Assembly: GCF_018336915.1 (NCBI RefSeq)
Contig: NZ_CP064923.1
Span: forward strand, 5,400,001 to 5,432,000
Length of the DNA: 32,000 nt
DNA from: Acaryochloris marina S15
Lineage (GTDB): Bacteria > Cyanobacteriota > Cyanobacteriia > Thermosynechococcales > Thermosynechococcaceae
Direction of reading: 5' to 3'
Positions 27,965 through 32,000 of this stretch are shown here, piece after piece. The notes under the pieces are model-generated. The model was given only the letters and a program-made list of their open reading frames with translations, did no database searches and was not told where the DNA came from. A program made the position numbers and the translations under genes. Every line of letters begins with the position of its first letter. Within the stretch, counting starts at the first letter, position 1.

Positions 27965-27990
27965 ATTACCTGAATACCTATTCATATATT
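27965..27990. promoter_or_regulatory. Candidate ArsR/SmtB-type 12-2-12 operator upstream of the metal ATPase
   Basis: attacctgaata-cc-tattcatatatt. The core TGAATA-CC-TATTCA is a perfect inverted repeat (27971-27984), and 9/12 positions match over the 12-nt arms. It ends 20 nt upstream of the ATPase ATG (28011). Confidence 0.5.
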
Positions 27991-28010
27991 TATGGATTGA
28001 GTGAACGGAT

Positions 28011-29906
28011 ATGACCGCCTCTCATACTCACTGCTGTGGCCACCACCCACCCGAAACATTCAATCTGAGGCAAACTGCAACGCCGATTGCGATCGCAACC
28101 CTACTACTACTGATTGGCATCTTCGGCAACGAACCGCTGCACAATACGCCATTTGCGATCGCAGAGTATGCCATCCTTATTCCCGCCTACTTAATTAGCG
28201 GCCGTCAGGTCCTCACCACCGCAGGCCGCAACATTCTCCGGGGAGAGATGTTTGACGAGAACTTCTTGATGACGATTGCGACGTTGGGTGCGATCGCAAT
28301 TCATGAGCTCCCTGAAGCCGTCACCGTGATGCTGTTTTTTCAGATAGGAGAACTGTTTCAAAGCTATTCTGTGGGGCGATCACGGCGTTCCATTCAGGCC
28401 CTCCTAGAAGTCCGCCCCGATACCGCCAACCTGCAAGTCAACGGCGAGTTTAAACAGGTTGCACCTGAAACCGTCAGCGTAGGTAAAGTGATTCAGGTGC
28501 GGCCAGGGGAAAAAGTACCGTTAGATGGCGAGATTCTATCCGGCACCTCCCAAATGGATACCTCAGCTCTGACGGGGGAATCCATGCCGCGCAGCATTGC
28601 CCCAGGAGACACAGCTCTAGCAGGCATGATCAATCAGTCCGGGGTATTGACTCTCAAGGTCACCAAACCCTTTAGCGAGTCGTCGATTGCCAAGATTTTA
28701 GACCTAGTCAAAAACGCCAGTCACAAAAAAGCCCCAACTGAAAAGTTCATCACTCAGTTTGCTCGCTACTATACGCCGATGGTGGTGTTGATTGCAGTTG
28801 CGATCGCACTTCTGCCTCCCCTATTCATTGCTGGGGCAACCCATGCCCAATGGACCTATCGCGCCCTCGTTCTGCTAGTGATTTCTTGTCCCTGTGGTCT
28901 GGTGATTAGCATTCCCCTCGGCTACTTTGGTGGCGTCGGCGGGGCTGCGAAGCAGGGCATTTTGGTCAAGGGAGCTACCTATCTAGATACCCTCACCCAG
29001 ATCAAAACTGTCGTCTTCGATAAAACAGGCACCCTAACCCAAGGCAATTTCCAAGTTACCGAGGTGGTTTCTGAAAATGGTCTCAGTGACCGTCAAATAT
29101 TAGCCTTAGCCGCCCATGCTGAATCCCACTCCAATCACCCCATCGCCCAATCCATTCGACAGGCCTATGGGCAGCCGGTGGACGAGTCCACTGTCCAAAC
29201 CCATGAAGAAATTGCCGGTCACGGCGTTCGAGCCCAGATCAACGACTGCACCATCCTGGTAGGCAATGATCGACTCCTGCATCATGACAATATCCCCCAC
29301 GATGTTTGCACAGTAGATGGCACAGTGGCCCACTTAGCCGTTGAGGGTCAATATACAGGACGGATTCTGATTGCCGATCAGGTCCGAGACGATGCTGCTG
29401 ATGTGCTACAAGCACTCAAAACCCAGGGAATCAAAACTGCAATGCTAACGGGAGACAATCAGACCGTCGCCAAAAAAATTGCTCACCAATTGGGGCTAAC
29501 GGACTATCGGGCTGAACTGTTACCAGAAGATAAGGTCACAGCACTAGAGGGATTCTGGCAGCAAGCCCATCAAAAGGTCGCATTTGTTGGCGATGGCATC
29601 AATGACGCTCCTGCGATCGCACGAGCAGATGTCGGTATTGCCATGGGTGGTATCGGCTCAGATGCAGCCATTGAAACAGCAGATGTGGTGATTATGGCGA
29701 ACACGCTCACCAAAGTGGTGACAGCGATCCAAATTGCCCATAAAACTCGCCGTATTGTCTGGCAAAATATCGCGGTCGCGTTGGGAGTCAAAGGTCTATT
29801 TCTGCTCCTGGGCACGATGGGTATCGCCACGCTTTGGGAAGCTGTGTTTGCCGATGTCGGCGTTGCTCTACTAGCCATCTTCAATGCTGGACGTATCTTG
29901 AAGTAG
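28011..29906 (+). CDS. Heavy-metal translocating P1B-type ATPase (CPC type, Zn/Cd/Pb-like)
   Basis: 631 aa. LTGES actuator motif, CPC in SCPCGLVIS, DKTGTLT phosphorylation site, SNHP, GDGINDAP hinge, and a C-terminal TM Asp context FADVGVALL. Short His/Cys-rich N-terminus (HTHCCGHHPPE) with no ferredoxin-like HMA domain. Confidence 0.9.
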   Translation: MTASHTHCCGHHPPETFNLRQTATPIAIATLLLLIGIFGNEPLHNTPFAIAEYAILIPAYLISGRQVLTTAGRNILRGEMFDENFLMTIATLGAIAIHELPEAVTVMLFFQIGELFQSYSVGRSRRSIQALLEVRPDTANLQVNGEFKQVAPETVSVGKVIQVRPGEKVPLDGEILSGTSQMDTSALTGESMPRSIAPGDTALAGMINQSGVLTLKVTKPFSESSIAKILDLVKNASHKKAPTEKFITQFARYYTPMVVLIAVAIALLPPLFIAGATHAQWTYRALVLLVISCPCGLVISIPLGYFGGVGGAAKQGILVKGATYLDTLTQIKTVVFDKTGTLTQGNFQVTEVVSENGLSDRQILALAAHAESHSNHPIAQSIRQAYGQPVDESTVQTHEEIAGHGVRAQINDCTILVGNDRLLHHDNIPHDVCTVDGTVAHLAVEGQYTGRILIADQVRDDAADVLQALKTQGIKTAMLTGDNQTVAKKIAHQLGLTDYRAELLPEDKVTALEGFWQQAHQKVAFVGDGINDAPAIARADVGIAMGGIGSDAAIETADVVIMANTLTKVVTAIQIAHKTRRIVWQNIAVALGVKGLFLLLGTMGIATLWEAVFADVGVALLAIFNAGRILK

Positions 29907-30362
29907 TCTGCAGCAAGCCAAATCTTTTTACTTTCACTCAAGGGCTACCGGATAAGTATTAGAGGTCATTACCAAGATGAAGTGGGGCAAGCCTCGAACA
30001 GCCCAGGTGCATGTGAGCCTCTCAATGTCTGTGCTTCAGCAGAGAATAGCTTCAGGCTATTTAAATATTCTGACTCATACTTTTTGCCTTTAAAACTAGT
30101 GCAATCAATATATTGCAATTAGGAATTTGACTCATCCGAATATTTGCAAGGCTTATCAATAATGGACAGATCTTGATATGCCACGCTTTTTGCTTTGAAC
30201 AGATTCTGTTGATCATCATAATGATGCAAAAAGCAGAGCAATCGTTACACCTAATCCCTACATACCTCGTAAATACAAAAGCTTTGGTATTTGTTCAAAA
30301 CCTCTAAAAACAAGGGAAAGCTATGCTAAATAGCCTATTGTAGGCTCTCAGGAAAATTAGTT

Positions 30363-30839
30363 ATGACCTTTAAATTGCTTCGAACTGTCATCTCCAACAA
30401 TTTATGTTTGGGTATTTTTGCAACAGCTTTCATGCTCTTTGCAGGTTGTTCCTCAGACAGTCCATCAAAAAGTGGTGATGCGAATTCACCAGACAAGGCT
30501 ATATCTGCTGCTCTTCAAGCCGCCAAAGAGAAAGAAACGATTGCTAAAAGCGCTATTGGAGCCACTAATAGAGCACAGCAAATTCATTTACTTGAAAACT
30601 CAACTTTTGCAAATTCCTTCGGTGCACTGGGTCTTAGCCCAGATTTTGGAATTGATGCATTCTATGATCTGCAGATTGTGTCAGCTGATGCGGGTCGCGC
30701 TTATTTAACAGCAAGTGCAAAGCAACCCAACTTCAAGAGCTTCAGTGGTGTAGTCATTAATGCCAACGGCACAACCACAGCTAAAATCTGTGCAACAAAA
30801 TCTGCATCTCAAACTCCGCCGCCGATAGATTGCAAGTAA
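30363..30839 (+). CDS. Putative lipoprotein related to cyanobacterial type IV pilin-like G/H family proteins
   Basis: 158 aa. Lipobox-like LFAGC after a hydrophobic leader. IGATNRAQQIHLLENSTFANSFGALGL resembles, from memory, the conserved NRAQQ.Y.LE...F core of the pilin-like G/H family. No prepilin G|F cleavage motif. Sits in an AT-rich patch. Confidence 0.5.
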   Translation: MTFKLLRTVISNNLCLGIFATAFMLFAGCSSDSPSKSGDANSPDKAISAALQAAKEKETIAKSAIGATNRAQQIHLLENSTFANSFGALGLSPDFGIDAFYDLQIVSADAGRAYLTASAKQPNFKSFSGVVINANGTTTAKICATKSASQTPPPIDCK

Positions 30840-30985
30840 TATCACGTTTAATCTGGCGGAAACTTTTAAGCAGGTTATTTTGGGAATATGCTGTATCGGT
30901 GCAATCTTTGAACGGTGCTGAATTATGCGGATAACATGGGCATTTTAGTGTTGCAGAGTGCTGTGGCCCTCACCGCTACAGCGAG

Positions 30986-31301
30986 TCACTTTGGTGTCAG
31001 TGGGTTGCGATCGCAATCTCCATACATATTCCAACTCACTCCATCCACCTGAGCCCAAATCACAACCTGGCGATTCAGTTCGGCAGCAATGCTTCAAGTG
31101 AAACGACCAGTGCAAGGTTTATCTGAATCTTTGCCCATCCGTTGGCAACCCTCCCAATAGTCTTCAACCACATTACGGAAAGAGGTTTCTAACTCATTAA
31201 CGGTTTCTCCATCAAAGGCAATCACATCCTCCCACCCGGCCAAAGAAGATTCGATCTTCAGCATCCAACTGAATAACAACTTCATACCCTCTATATTCCA
31301 T
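30986..31301 (-). pseudogene. hicB: Decayed hicB-family antitoxin gene (one frameshift + one in-frame TGA)
   Basis: Minus-strand reading: MEYRGYEVVIQLDAEDRIFFGRV.. (frame 1, from 31301), then after a frameshift near 31229-31235 ..EDVIAFDGETVNELETSFRNVVEDYWEGCQRMGKDSDKPCTGRFT, then TGA (31094-31096), then in the same frame SIAAELNRQVVIWAQVDGVSWN.. Together these match the HicB layout, including the C-terminal RHH-like segment. Confidence 0.65.
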
Positions 31302-31435
31302 CAGTTATTCCCGCTCTGAAAAAAAAATATTACAGATGTAACCCACCTCACCATTCTTTTACGAGTAAAAGAGTATCCTACCCATAGGTGAGGCCGTTTG
31401 CTGGAGAAATCGACTGATGAGAAAGCAATACCACC

Positions 31436-32000
31436 ATGAATCCTTTTTATCCAGGCTATTACACGGAAAATGAGCTAAGAGACTTTGGTTTCAAATCCGT
31501 TGGCCAGAACGTTCAAATAGCCAAGAACTGTACCATTGTTGGCCTTGAAAATATCGCGATCGGTGACAACGTTCGCATTGATGCCTATTGTTCCATTTTT
31601 GCCCATAAGGAAGGCTGGGTCACATTAGGCTCCTTTATCCATATTGGCGGCTATTGTCTCCTATCTGCTGGAGACGGCATCCGGATGGATGATTTTAGCG
31701 GTCTCTCTCAAGGGGTCCATCTCTACAGCAGAACCGATGACTACACGGGCAAATTCTTAACTAATCCCACCGTACCCAAGAAATACACTGGCATCGTCGG
31801 GGGAACGATTACCCTGGGCCGCCATGCCATCATTGGCTCCAGCTCCGTTATTCTGCCCAAAGTTGCTATTGGCGATGGCACCGCCGTGGGGGCACTATCC
31901 TTAGTTACAAAAAGCTTAGACCCTTGGGGCGTATATTTCGGCAGTCCAGTCAAAAAGCTGAAAAACAGATCTAAACGGCTGCTGAAATTGGAAGCAGAGT
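31436..32000 (+). CDS. Hexapeptide-repeat (left-handed beta-helix) acyl/acetyltransferase, 3' end outside the window
   Basis: The ATG at 31436 opens a frame with no stop to the window end, so it is absent from the ORF track. MNPFYPGYYTENELRDFGFKSVGQNVQIAKNCTIVGLENIAIGDNVRIDAYCSI... with repeated [LIV]-G-x-x-x-x hexads (IGDNVR, IGGYCL, LGRHAI, IGSSSV, IGDGTA). Confidence 0.75.
   Translation, partial: MNPFYPGYYTENELRDFGFKSVGQNVQIAKNCTIVGLENIAIGDNVRIDAYCSIFAHKEGWVTLGSFIHIGGYCLLSAGDGIRMDDFSGLSQGVHLYSRTDDYTGKFLTNPTVPKKYTGIVGGTITLGRHAIIGSSSVILPKVAIGDGTAVGALSLVTKSLDPWGVYFGSPVKKLKNRSKRLLKLEAE

Noticed and set aside
31302-31435. Possible hicA toxin remnant upstream of the decayed hicB.
   Set aside because: I translated all three minus-strand frames. 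They gave only short stop-interrupted peptides (e.g. ..GYSFTRKRMVRWVTSVIFFFQSGNN*) with no recognisable HicA/YcfA motif. This cannot be supported without a profile search.

Overview
This is a cyanobacterial chromosomal window. By eye I count 11 copies of the HIP1 octamer GCGATCGC, and it carries a cytochrome c6-like gene, glcE/glcF, and pentapeptide-repeat and WD40 families. Most of it is ordinary housekeeping: a large TPR protein, a DUF58 protein, glcE-glcF, acs, a DUF1232 protein, a small (p)ppGpp-hydrolase-like HD protein, a c-type cytochrome, a GNAT, pdxJ, recN, a pentapeptide-repeat protein, coaE, a CPC-type heavy-metal P-type ATPase and a partial hexapeptide acyltransferase. The outlier is an ~8.7 kb accessory segment between pdxJ (ends 14726) and recN (starts 23445). 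It holds one very large gene, reconstructed at 1750 codons. That gene encodes 14 WD40 blades fused N-terminally to a KAP-family P-loop NTPase, with four predicted transmembrane helices inserted between Walker A and Walker B. A 1486-bp IS with 26-bp imperfect inverted repeats and a 9-bp target duplication splits the gene, and in-silico excision restores the frame exactly. Thirteen of the WD40 units are near-identical 126-bp tandem copies. Every difference I can see between them is nonsynonymous and falls on seven codons, including the canonical top-face ligand-contact positions. That pattern is what one expects of a diversifying recognition domain. I propose this as a candidate NLR-like membrane-acting sensor/effector (possible defence) locus, currently inactivated. 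This is inference, not demonstrated. Other notes: the IS transposase has an in-frame TGA; two orphan genes lie downstream of the KAP gene; an ArsR/SmtB-like 12-2-12 operator sits upstream of the metal ATPase with no regulator in the window; there is a decayed orphan hicB; and a lipoprotein-type pilin-like gene sits in an AT-rich patch. No rRNA, tRNA or CRISPR array was found.
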